A stretch of 64,000 nucleotides of DNA from Rebecca billardiae RCC1528. Its lineage: Eukaryota; Protista; Haptophyta. This document shows positions 25,228 through 35,993 of this stretch, piece by piece. Both the position numbers and the translations under genes were made by a program. Numbering within the stretch: position 1 is the first letter of the stretch; each line of letters begins with the position of its first letter. The notes beneath the pieces were generated by a model. It was given only the letters and a program-made list of their open reading frames with translations, did not search any database and was not told the DNA's origin. Location: the NCBI GenBank assembly GCA_965240325.2, contig OZ251239.1, positions 372,001 to 436,000 on the forward strand. Direction: 5' to 3'.

Positions 25228-26307
25228 TCATCTGCCACCAAGCCCACCAACCGTCATCACGCGGCGCGCGGCGGAGGCCAAACCGGCATCGGCACCATGA
25301 GCCGCCAGCGAGAGGCGCCGCTTGGCCCGGCAGGTCTGTGGCGTGGCAGCCGTGGTCTTGAGAGTGCCACCGTGCACCTTCTCCACGACGTGCTCCACCC
25401 GGCACGTCAGCAGCCCTTGCCCGCCTTGCGTCGCCGGCTGGCGCGCCTTGGCGTTGCGCGTCGCGCGCGCCACCAGCATGCCAGCCAACCTCTCCCATCC
25501 ACCATTGATCTCACGCAGCGACGCCTTGCCCGCGCGCACGGAGGCCCACAAGGCGTCCACGCTGGGCAGCGCGGCGTGTACCACGCCGCCCGTCGCGTTC
25601 ACCGCTGCCCAGAGCCGCAGCGACGAGAGCCAGCCCCAGCCCTCCGCACTGAGCCCGAGTAGCCCGTGGCGCGCCCCCGCCCAGTCCAGCTCTCCGCCTC
25701 GCGTACGGCGTGCGGGCGGCGCGGGGCGTAGGCGGAGCTCGGTGGCGACGCGCATGATGCCCGCCCACGCGGTCGAGCCGGCGGCGAGGCGCATTGGCGA
25801 CCTGCGCGGGAACGAGCCGCCTATCGCCCTGAGCGGGCATTGCGTAGCGTCTGCCATCGGCAGCGGGCGCCGCAGCCAAGTCGAGTGCTGCAGCAGAACC
25901 AGGCGCCGAAGCCGCACACCGCCGAGCATGCCGCGGGCAAGCTCGGCGTGCGCAGCCTCCAGGGCGCCGAGCTGGCCGTGGCTCGTGCTGCGCCGCACCA
26001 CGCGCACCGCGCCGCCAAGCCCGCCGGCGTGCGCCGCAGCGCGCGCGACGCTCGCCGGCACGTTGCCATCGGGCGAGCCGTTGTCCACGACGAGGATCGG
26101 CATCCGTGGGTGGTGGCGCACCACGGAGGTGATGGTGTCGGCGAGGAGCCCGCAGTTGCGCTCGTCGGGGACGTGGACTGCCAGCACGAAGAGTACCACT
26201 CCGGTCGGGGAGACAGCCGTCGCGTTGGAGTGGAGCGGCTCCGCGGCCGAGCCGGCCGCAACGCCTTGGCTCGCGTTCGAGGCCGGTCGTCGTCCGCCCG
26301 AGGACAT
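25228..26307 (-). CDS. Putative glycosyltransferase (GT2-like N-terminal fold)
   Basis: LLADTITSVVRHHPRMPILVVDNGSPDG resembles the GT-A nucleotide-binding motif; the 5' end is uncertain and the gene may be degraded. Confidence 0.5.
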   Translation of the reverse strand: MSSGGRRPASNASQGVAAGSAAEPLHSNATAVSPTGVVLFVLAVHVPDERNCGLLADTITSVVRHHPRMPILVVDNGSPDGNVPASVARAAAHAGGLGGAVRVVRRSTSHGQLGALEAAHAELARGMLGGVRLRRLVLLQHSTWLRRPLPMADATQCPLRAIGGSFPRRSPMRLAAGSTAWAGIMRVATELRLRPAPPARRTRGGELDWAGARHGLLGLSAEGWGWLSSLRLWAAVNATGGVVHAALPSVDALWASVRAGKASLREINGGWERLAGMLVARATRNAKARQPATQGGQGLLTCRVEHVVEKVHGGTLKTTAATPQTCRAKRRLSLAAHGADAGLASAARRVMTVGGLGGR

Positions 26308-27381
26308 GCTCGTCAGCCGTCGCCTGCAGATCTGGCGAAGGGGGTGAGGGGCATGGGACGGCCTCGATGACTCGCTCTCGCCGGGCTCTTCGCAGCCGCC
26401 GCCACACGTGCGTCTCGATCGCGTAGGGCGCACGCGTCTGACCACAAGACGAACCCGCGAACGATCCGGAAACGTTTTGATGAATTGTGTGGTTGTGTGA
26501 CGGTGAAGTCATCACCCGTGGGCAGCAGCGCCAGCCGCCGCCAGCAAGCCAGCTGAGCAGAGCGGCAAGCGCGCACGCGGCCGCGCAGGGCACACGGGGA
26601 CGACTACATCACCGCTGGACCACCCGCCAGGGCCCAGCGGCTGAGATGGCCGTCTGACATCCGGACCTGCACCCTCGCCCTCGCTCGGGGCACAGCAGGT
26701 CCATGCGAGCCGTGCAGCACAGGTGGATCGCGCCGTCCTAAGCAGCTCAAGGCCTCAAGGCCGCGCTCAAGCCATTCGATCGCGGCTCAGGCTATGCTCT
26801 GCCACCAGCGCCGACTTCGTGTCGACGATCGGGCACTGCCGACGACGAATCAGGACTACCTGCGCCGTCTTACCTGTGTCGTTAAATATATATATCATTA
26901 TTAAGCTATTATCATAGCAGACGAATGAGTCGTGGCGGCGACCGGAGTCCGGCCAGATGATCGCGTCGACGATGATGTTATGCCCGGTCATCGCGGGCCA
27001 GGGGCCGCCGATCCAGCCTCCACGCCCACGCCGCCCACGCGGCCCACGGGCTCCAGGCCCCACTAGTCAGCACTACCAGGCCGGCGGTCCCGGAACGATT
27101 ATTCGTCGTGACAGTTAATCGCACTCGGCTAAGACTCGACACACTGTTATTAATATTATAATAATTATATATATATATATCATATATATATATAGTATAA
27201 TTGAGTTATTGCCTGAATAGCCAGCGGTGGCGACGACAGGCGCTACGCAACGAAAAGACCTCGCGTCACTCCAAACTCGCTGACAGTGCTGTTAACGTCT
27301 TCGCCTGCAATGAGGCCGCCGTCTGAATCCTGCGGCCCGGGGATTGTGCCTGACCGCAGCCGGCGTGCCGCGCACGGGCTC

Positions 27382-28110
27382 TCACTTGCCGGCGAGCGAG
27401 CGCACGATGTCGAGCGCGGCTGCACGCGGGTCGGCGGCCTGCGTGATGGGCCTACCGATCACGAGGAAGTTCGCCCCGTCCGCCATCGCCTGCTGCGGCG
27501 TGACGACGCGCTTCTGATCGCCAGTGTCGGCGCCCGCTGGCCGGATGCCTGGCACGATGGTGAGGAAGTCTGGGCCGCACGCGGAGCGGATCGCCGGGAG
27601 CTCGCGCGCCGAGCACACGACGCCGTCGAGGCCGCATGACTGCGCCAGCTTCGCCAGGCGGACCACCTGCTCGTCGACGGGCGGGCGCTGGCCGACTGCC
27701 TCGAGGTCGGACTCATCCATGCTGGTGAGAACAGTCACCGCGATCACGAGCGGGCGTGGCCGGCTGTTCGAGGTGGCGGCGACCATGGCGGCTTCGGCCG
27801 CCGCGCGCATCATCGCGGCACCCCCAGCGGCATGCACGTTCACGATAGCCGGGCCGCTCGGCGCCACCGAGCGCACGGCGCCCGCGACCGTGTTCGGGAT
27901 ATCATGGAACTTGAGGTCGAGGAAAAAAGGATCTTCCCCGACGACGCGCGAGACGCCCGCGAGACCGTGCGCGCTGTAGAACTCGAGACCGATCTTGTAG
28001 CCCACGCCCGTCCCGCGCAGGGTGTCCGCGAGGGCCACCGCACGCTCGAGACTCGGCGTGTCGATCGCCACGAGCACGGGCGGCAGGTCGCGTCGGCCTT
28101 CAGCAGCCAT
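27382..28110 (-). CDS. pyrF: Orotidine 5'-phosphate decarboxylase, standalone bacterial type
   Basis: VAID, KIGLE, FLDLKFHDIPNT, VNVHAAGG, AVTVLTS, GLDGVVCS, VPGIRP, GDQKRVVTP and LVIGRPIT motifs; 242 aa; no intron. Confidence 0.96.
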   Translation of the reverse strand: MAAEGRRDLPPVLVAIDTPSLERAVALADTLRGTGVGYKIGLEFYSAHGLAGVSRVVGEDPFFLDLKFHDIPNTVAGAVRSVAPSGPAIVNVHAAGGAAMMRAAAEAAMVAATSNSRPRPLVIAVTVLTSMDESDLEAVGQRPPVDEQVVRLAKLAQSCGLDGVVCSARELPAIRSACGPDFLTIVPGIRPAGADTGDQKRVVTPQQAMADGANFLVIGRPITQAADPRAAALDIVRSLAGK

Positions 28111-28273
28111 GGCTCGCGCGCGCGGTGCCCAGCTTGCCGTGGCCGTCAACCCGCGCGTGTCCGGTGCACTCAACGGAGCACGTGGTCCTGCTGCGGGCTT
28201 TCGACGCTGCGTCTGGGCCTGCATCGCATCGCGGCGTGCGTGCGACGGTGGCGGCGGCGGAGGCGCGGGCGCT

Positions 28274-30117
28274 ATGTCGGTGGGCGTGCAGCGGACAGTG
28301 CGCCTGTGGCTGGCGTGCGTCGCGGCGTGCCTCGCTATCGAGGTGCCCATCGGCGTGCCGCAGGCGCGCGCGCCATCCCTCGCCCCCGACCATGACCACA
28401 TGCCAGTCGTGCCGGCGGACGAGCATCTCTCGTTCGTCGCGCCGTTCGACAAGGTGAACCAGTTTTTGGGCGAGAGGTTCATCGACAAGTGGGAGACGGG
28501 CGGCGCGGCGATGGTCCACCGCAACTTCATGCGCCTCACGAGCGACGCGCAGGGACACAACGGCTGGATCATCAACCGGCTGCCGCTGACATACAAGTCG
28601 TGGTCGACGCTGCTCAAGTTCCGCGTGTCAGGCCGGAGCGCGCAGCTCTTCGGCGACGGGCTCGCGCTCTGGCTGGTGCGCAACGCGGAGCACGAGCCGG
28701 GCAGCGTCTTCGGCCGGCAGGACAAGTGGGCCGGCCTCGGTGTCTTCTTCGACACCTTCCAGAACCTCGACAAGTCGCACCACCACAAGCACCCGTACAT
28801 CTCTGCGATCGCCAACGACGGCACGCAGCACTACGAGCCGGAGGACGAGTTCTCGGGCTCGTCGAACAAGCCGCGGCACATGATCCCGGGCAAGCTCGAG
28901 GGCTCGGGCTGCTCGTTCGACTTCCGCTTCTCCGAGGCGCGCGACGACTTCAGCGTGACCAACGCCACGTACGCGCACATCTCCTACTCGGCGGGCCGGC
29001 TGCGCGTGTCCGTGCGGCAAACGAGCGAGGCCGACTGGTACGAGTGCATCGACATGCCGCTGACGATGGAGGGCGACCACTTCTTCGGGCTCTCCGCGGC
29101 GACGGGCGACCTCGTCGACAACCACGACGTGCTCGCCGTCCTCGTGCACGGCTTTGACGCGCCGGTCGAGCGCGCCGAGCTCCAGGCCGTGCGTGAGGCG
29201 GCCGTCTCGCGGATCGAGGCCAGGATGCTCGACCTGCCGGCTGAGCCGCGGCCGTCGATGGTGAGCAACCCGAGCAACTACCTGGCCGTGATCGACGAGC
29301 AGGCCGCCGAGCTGCAGCAGCTCAAGTCCACCCTCGCCGTGCTGCAGCACCGGCTCGAGTACGAGCTGTCCGCCGTGCACAAGGGGATCCTCCACGCCAA
29401 GGAGCTGGCGGAGAGCGGCGCCTCGCGGCTCGAGATGCTGCACTCGGAGGTGCGCGCGGAGAGGGGGAGCGCCGTCTCCGTGCGCACGCGCGCGCGACAC
29501 TGGCTGCAGCGTGGCGGGAGGAGGGGTCGGGGGCGAGGCACGGCGCGGGTGGAGATGGGCTGTGGAGGGGCGGGCTCTCCGCGCACCCGCGCCAACCCGA
29601 CCGCCGGCGCGCGCGTGCGCGCCGCCAGGCCCTCCGCCCTTCGCCCCACTCACCGCCGCGCGCCGTGCGCTTGCGCGTGCGCCGCGCGCTGTGCGCCGTG
29701 TGCCGCAGGTGATCGAGGGCCTGAGCACCGGCCTCGACGACCACCTCGAGCGCCGCATCGAGGACGTGTCCGACGAGGTGGCGACGCGCTTGGAAGAGTT
29801 TGAGAAGAAGAGCAAGGGTGGTGTGCGCACGCGCCGTCCTCGTGGAGGCAGCGCGACTCTGGGCCGCTGCGCCGCCAGACCCGCCCAGACCAACTGGGCA
29901 GCGCAGTGCAGCCCGAGCGTGCTGCCGCACGCCTCGCCGCCGCGCGCTCGAGCCAGCCACCCGCGCGCTCACACGCTCCGAGCGCGCGCTTTGCTCGCCC
30001 CGCGCGGCCACAGGCGGCCTGGGCGCCTCGTGGTGGTTCCTCTTCTTGCTCATCGTCGGCCTCTTTGTCTACGGGCACAACCGGTACAACAAGCTGATGA
30101 AGTCGCACTTCCTGTGA
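28274..30117 (+). CDS. L-type (legume-like) lectin, VIP36/ERGIC-53 family (exons 28274-29449, 29709-29820, 30014-30117; 463 aa)
   Basis: Signal peptide; MRLTSD, FGDGLALW, GLGVFFDTFQN and FGLSAATGDLVDNHDV motifs; coiled coil; C-terminal TM helix and KSHFL tail. Confidence 0.92.
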
Positions 30118-30719
30118 GTGGCGACTGCACGAGTGGCTCGCTCGCTGCTCGCCAGCGTGGGCCCGGCGGGCGGCGAGTCTCTACAGCAGGGCGACAGGGG
30201 GTTGGCCACCCCGGCGCTCGCCTTGGTCATCATGAACAGCGAGCTCGGAGAGTGCGCTTGCGGCTTGCACTCAGCACTGGTTGCAGGTTGGTGGGCGTGA
30301 GTGAGTAGGCAGTGCCGCAGTGCGCAGGCACGCTGCCACGGGCACGGTGGGGTGGCAGGAGTGCAGCCGCCGGGCGGCACAGCAATAGCATGGCGGCCTC
30401 CGACGACGCGATGCACGCTTCACACCGTCGTCTCAGTGGCGGCACTTCGTCGGTTCGTCCGCGTCGCGCACGACTAGTGTCGTCAGCAGACTCGCGATGA
30501 CGTTGGTCGCGTCCGTGTAATTACGTGCATGCGATATACGTAAGTCTATAAGCTAGTGACGACGAGATTATATAGTACGTAGTGTAGTCGTGAGCAGCAG
30601 ATTCAGATGATACGGTGACGATGATGACGATGTCGTAGTCGTAGTAGTCGGACTCGGACTCGGTATTCACCGTATTGTCAGCACGTCGTCGCCGCTCGTC
30701 GTCATCATCGTCGTCAGCA

Positions 30720-32282
30720 TCAATAATCCGACACGCATCCGCCGGACGGAGGCGTCGGACGCCAGGGGCGCCGCGCAAAGAGATGCTCGACCATGAATCT
30801 TCGGCAAGAGAGGCCGCCGCACGCAGCGCAGCAGTCGCCGTCGGACAAACGCGCAGCGGTCCCACGGCCACAGCAGCTGCCACCACTGCCATCGGCGGCG
30901 TGGCCTGAGTCCATGTTGCAGCGCTGCTGCGGGCGCATGGGTGGCGGGCGAAGCATTGCATCGGGTCGTGCGCGCGCGAAGAAGGGCATCGAGAAGCGCT
31001 CGCGTGCTGCTGGCGCCATGGTCACGCGATGGATCACGGCAGGGATGCGCCCACCGGTGAGCAGGGCCAGGGTCTCGCCCGCAAAGCACAGCGCGTCGCA
31101 CTGCTCGGGTGCGGACTGAGCGTCAGCCTCGCACCGCGCCCACGCGAGAGCATCGGGGTCCCAGCTCTCGAAGGCGGGGACGTCGCTGAGCGGCGAGAGC
31201 GTCAGCAGCCCCAGGTCGGCGTGCGCGCCCTGCAGGGCGGCTGGTCGCTCGCGCGGTTGGCCCTCAGCGCAGCGCGCCTGCTGGTAACGGTAGCAGCGCA
31301 GCACGCTCGCACCCGCCCGCACGGTTGGGGCGAGGCCACCCAAGCCGCCGCCCTGCTGGCCGGCCTCGACAGCCGATGGCGCGCCCTCGATCGAACGCGG
31401 CGGGGCGGGAGGGGAGCAGCCGCCCTGAGCAGGGGCCCGCGCGCCCAACGGCGGAGGATCGAGCACGTCGCTCGTGAGCGCCGCCGCAGGCAGCCCCAGC
31501 GCGGCCGCTATCGCCACGAGCAGCTCGCGTGCGCGCAGCTCGCTGAGCGCGAAGAGCCGCTGGATCGGTGCGGGGGTCGCCCGGGGCACGCACGCCGCGC
31601 CGCCGTCGCGGCGAGGCGGGAGCTCGCGGCGCACCTGCAGCCACTCGCGCGTTCGGTCACGGGCGTACCCCGCCACGCGCCTCGACGTGGCCTCGCCGTC
31701 CTCAAGCCGAGTGAGCGCGCACGCCGCGCGCGCACGGGCCGCTGTGCGGTCCGAGCCAAACAAGGCGCGAGCCGCCTGCGCAGCCTCGCACATCGCGGCG
31801 CGCAACGAGGGGTCGTACCGCAGCCGCGCGACGCCGCACGTGGAGAGCGCGCGCACAAGCTCAGCCGCCTCGTTTGCACGGTCCTGCGCGCAGCCGCGCG
31901 TGAGCGTCTCGACGCACACGACGCGCCGCCCGGGTGGCTCCGACAGGCGTGCGCGCGCCTGCGGCATCGCGACGTTCGGGCGCACGATGGCGTCGAGCAC
32001 GAGCATGTCGTCCAGACCGAGAGCGAAGAGCGACGGCGCGAGCACGAGGGGCAGGGGCGGTCCAAACGGCTCGTCGTGCCGCCGGATCGCAAAGACGGTC
32101 GAGTCGGCCGGCAGCTTGAACGCGCGCTGCAGGGCGATCTCGAGCGCGGTCGCCGTGTCGACCGGCAACGGCGTCGGGAGCCAGCATTCGTGCACGTCGA
32201 AGAAGTGCGCGGCCGCATCGGCGCGCGGGGCGTGCATGCGGCCGGCCGTGCTGCCATCGTACAAGATGCGGCAGCGGATCAT
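30720..32282 (-). CDS. IPNS/DIOX-like 2OG-Fe(II) dioxygenase
   Basis: VLRCYRY, HADLGLLTL, FAGETLALLTGG, IHRV and RFSMPFF motifs; start uncertain. Confidence 0.85.
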   Translation of the reverse strand: MIRCRILYDGSTAGRMHAPRADAAAHFFDVHECWLPTPLPVDTATALEIALQRAFKLPADSTVFAIRRHDEPFGPPLPLVLAPSLFALGLDDMLVLDAIVRPNVAMPQARARLSEPPGRRVVCVETLTRGCAQDRANEAAELVRALSTCGVARLRYDPSLRAAMCEAAQAARALFGSDRTAARARAACALTRLEDGEATSRRVAGYARDRTREWLQVRRELPPRRDGGAACVPRATPAPIQRLFALSELRARELLVAIAAALGLPAAALTSDVLDPPPLGARAPAQGGCSPPAPPRSIEGAPSAVEAGQQGGGLGGLAPTVRAGASVLRCYRYQQARCAEGQPRERPAALQGAHADLGLLTLSPLSDVPAFESWDPDALAWARCEADAQSAPEQCDALCFAGETLALLTGGRIPAVIHRVTMAPAARERFSMPFFARARPDAMLRPPPMRPQQRCNMDSGHAADGSGGSCCGRGTAARLSDGDCCAACGGLSCRRFMVEHLFARRPWRPTPPSGGCVSDY

Positions 32283-32457
32283 GCAGTCGCGCTCACAGCC
32301 TCGTTGTGCGGCGGCGCCATCGTGCTCATTGGCCCGTATTGTACTGACGAAATGCCCGCGTTGATCGAGAGTCGGCGACGAAGCCCTGCAGCCATCTGCT
32401 GCCCGGACGGCTGCACGCTCGTCACGCCGCCGCGGCTGGCTGCCCGTGCGTCGCTCT

Positions 32458-33102
32458 ATGGACAGGCGGAAGCTCGCGCAACTGCTTTGCTGCTGCCCGC
32501 CAAATGTGCGCCGCGTGATCTCGGGGCACGGTGGCCCCCGCCACGCGCACCAAAGTCTGGCCGACGCCTCTCGCGATGTCGAGGCCGCGGTCGACGACGA
32601 CGATGACGAGTGGGACGATTTCGACGCCAAGGATGCGGGGGCCCAGCCGCGCGAGCAGCCGCAGCCACAGCCTTTGCAACCGGCCCATCCCGCTGCCGAG
32701 CCAGCCGATGCCCATCAGCGATCCGCTCGGCCCGACGCCGTCGGCGCTGACCTGGGCGAGGGTAGTGGCGCGGAGGCCGAGGCTGACCCATTCTCGGACA
32801 TGGGCATGACGCCCGTGTACCAGCGGCCCAAGAAGGTGGTCGTCGCGCAGCACTCTTCGATGAGCATCTGGTCGGAAGCGAAGCAGCGGCCGTCGACGAA
32901 CAGCCCCTTCGCCCTCGTGGACACCAACGAGGCGGACAGCAGCGCGGGCGCGTGGGGCGACGACGACATTGACATGGCTGGGCTGAACGCTGAGACGCGC
33001 AAACTCGAGCGCGAGCGCAGGAAAGCGGAGCAGGAGAAGAGGCTGGCGCAGAAGGACGGTCGGCAGGGGAAACTGAATGCCATGCGCACGACGAGCGCAT
33101 GA
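32458..33102 (+). CDS. EBAG9/RCAS1-like small acidic coiled-coil protein
   Basis: N-terminal CCC, then EWDDFD, DPFSDMGMTPVYQRPKKVVV, AWGDDD and a C-terminal coiled coil; same motif order as recalled for animal EBAG9. Confidence 0.55.
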   Translation: MDRRKLAQLLCCCPPNVRRVISGHGGPRHAHQSLADASRDVEAAVDDDDDEWDDFDAKDAGAQPREQPQPQPLQPAHPAAEPADAHQRSARPDAVGADLGEGSGAEAEADPFSDMGMTPVYQRPKKVVVAQHSSMSIWSEAKQRPSTNSPFALVDTNEADSSAGAWGDDDIDMAGLNAETRKLERERRKAEQEKRLAQKDGRQGKLNAMRTTSA

Positions 33103-34068
33103 CGACGCGGGCAGCATGCCGGCTTCGGATCCCACTTGCTCCGCGCTCGGCATCATGATGCGAATTGCGATCAGACTAACTAGTAACTGTGCATGGCATC
33201 GAACTCATGCATTCTGCTGCTCTGTGCTGATCATGATGTTGTCGTAGTAATTCATCGATCTGGCGCGGCGTCATTATTACATACGGAATACACTTCACGG
33301 ACGACGACGCCGGGGCACTCCATCACAGTGCCGATCTATCAGGCTCGGATGCTGACGATGCCTTATGGCCCGCGGTGCAGGGCGGAGCGCGCAGCGTGGA
33401 GCCCGCACCAGCGGGCCCGAACAACGTTTCAAAAAGATCTTCAATGATCAAGAAAAAAGGGACGGGGGACGATTTTCAGGGCTGGAGGAGACCGAGTTTC
33501 GAATTTTGAGACTCCCTTACAGGTGCATTAGCGTCGAAAAAGGTCGCGCCCACGGCAAGTTCATATTGGAGTGACGCCCGTCCAAAAAACTTCACGCCCT
33601 TTAGGATCCATAACGTAACGAACCGTTACAAGCGATTTTTCCAGCCAATGAGATTGCCGCAAGGTCATCAAGGAGCGATGACGACGTATCTAGATAGCCA
33701 GCCGGCACCGCGGGCCATTCGTTCATTACTTGTGTGCTGGACTGCGCTTGTTATTAATTCATTACTTGTGTGCTGGACTGCCGCTAGCTTTTGCGGGTTC
33801 TGATCATCAATCACCCAGGGCCCGGTCTGGTCATAAATGAGCCGCCCGCCGTTTATGACGACCCATTCATGTACATGTATGAACAATGGGTCATTAGACC
33901 GCGTCGTATCTTAAAAAAAACCGCTTCACGTTGCACCGCGTCGTATCAATGCTCGTAAATGAAATTCTATTCTACCGCTTCACGTAGTAACCCTGAGATG
34001 AGTCGTCGCGGCCCCGTCACCGACGCAAAACAACAGAGGTGGGCCCGATCGCACGTGGGTGGGGGGCG

Positions 34069-35457
34069 ATGGCAAGCAGCACCTCGACCGGCGACGCCGA
34101 CCAGGACTACGTTCGCCGCGTATTGAACGCGCTGCTCGACTCGAGGACGGTGACGCGGGTGAACAACACCACGTTCCAGAGCACCGCTGCCGCCATCTCC
34201 GTCGCCAGGCACAAGCAGACCATCCCCGGCGCCGCGAGCGAGTACGGCAAGTCAACAAAAGCGATCAAGCAGCTCCTTGGCCAGGTCCGCAAGGTGCTGG
34301 CGGCGGAGGGCGCACTCGGCAGCGGTGGCGCTGCGCGGTTGATCACCGACTTTCGTTCGTGCCCCGCAGGCGTTCGTCACTCGAGGAGCAGCGCGCAAGG
34401 GCGAGCCGAGTCCGGAGCACGCGAGCTCGTCGCTCGCCGCCCGGAGCAGAGCGCGCCGCTGCGAGCGAGCGGGCGCGGCAGAGCTGATGAGCCGGATGCG
34501 CCCGGAGCTCGCGCGGCTGAAGGGCGAGCTCGAGCACGCGAGCTCGCGCCTCGACGCCGAGCGCGAGCTCCTCCTCAACTCGGTCGACGGCGGCGCGGAG
34601 GTGCAGCAGCGTGAGGACGAGCAGGAGCATCAGTGAAACGCGCGCCGGTTCCGGGTCGCGCAGCGGTGCCCAGCTGCCTGCCACGCGAGCGGCGGCCACG
34701 TGGCGCGAGGAGCTGCGTGGGGAAATCGCCGCGCGCGTCGACGCGGCGATCACCGGGCTGCAGGCCTCGGCAATCGACGCGGTGCGCACCCTCGCCGCCA
34801 GCCGCGACGACTCCGCCGTCGAGCTGCAGCAGCTGCGCGCGCAGATGCCAGAAGTGCCGATGGGCGGCGGCGTATCAGCAGGCTGACGTGCACGAGCACG
34901 TGACACGCGGAGGCGCTAGGCGCCAAGCTGGCGAAGTGCGGCGCCGAGCTCGACGAGCTGAGCGACGCGGCAACGGACGCGCTGGGCGCCCGCGCCGCCA
35001 TCCTCGCGGCGCCCTCCAGCAGCTCGAGCAGCTGTGGATAGTTGGCCGTCGAGGCGACCGCGGGTGTGACTCACAGTGTGAGTGAGCCGGCGCGCGGCTC
35101 AGCCTGCCGCTGGCAGCCGCCGTCTTCGAGGCCGACGCGGCGGAGGAGGCGGCGGGCGAGCACGGCGGCGCGGTGGAGCAGGCGCGCACGCGGCGCGGCA
35201 GGCGCGACGCGCCGCTCGCCTCGTTCCACCGCCCCGAGCTCCGCTCGGTCGGTCTCGGTGCGAGGCTGCGCAGCCGGCAGGCCGGGGCCAGCAGTGGCGC
35301 ACGCTCTCGCTCTGCCGGCACGAGCGACCAGCGGCCCGTCGTCGAGCGCATGGCGCAGGGCGAGTACCTCAAGCAGGTGCGCCCGCTCGCGCGCACGCGC
35401 TGGCTCGCGCCGCGCCAGCGCCTCTCGTCCTGCCTGCGCGCGCGCGCCGGCCGCTAG
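34069..35457 (+). pseudogene. Frameshifted coiled-coil protein gene (pseudogene or sequence error)
   Basis: Protein-like segments (DYVRRVLNALL; ELARLKGELEHASSRLDAERE; WREELRGEIAARVDAAI; AKLAKCGAELDELSD) lie in different frames with stops; one plausible intron ends at 34369. Confidence 0.4.
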
Positions 35458-35993
35458 TCCCCGCGGCGGCCCGCGGACCCGCGGCGACAGTCCTCGGCCC
35501 GCCGGCCCGGTGGGCGGCAGTGACTGAGTTGGCGGTGGCAGCTCAGGCGAACTGTTACACATGTCAGACTGACACAGCAGCCGACGGAGGGTGCGCCGCG
35601 GGCCCCGAACTACGTTCGTTCTACGGAAAAAGACCGCGGAACGCGGTCATAATACTACGACAGACTAGTCACTAGACGTCGACGGACAGAGTCGGTCGAG
35701 CCTGAATACGCATCATCGTCAGTACGCGCTGTTACTGAATCAGACCGGGCGGTCAGCTAGTCTCTGTCTCTCAACCGAATTTCGGTGCCCGCCGCGCCGC
35801 TGACGGCCCGTAGTGTCAGTGTGTACGTCTCACTGCAGCCTGTAGTCCGTCCGTGAGTGGACCCCGCGTGCGTCGCCCGCGACGTCTCAGTCTGCCGACG
35901 ACTCAGTGAGTCACTAGTCTGACGGTCCGACGGCGCCCCCGTCGCAGGCTCCGTCTCCTGACCGCTGACGACGGTCGACAGACCGCCGGACTA

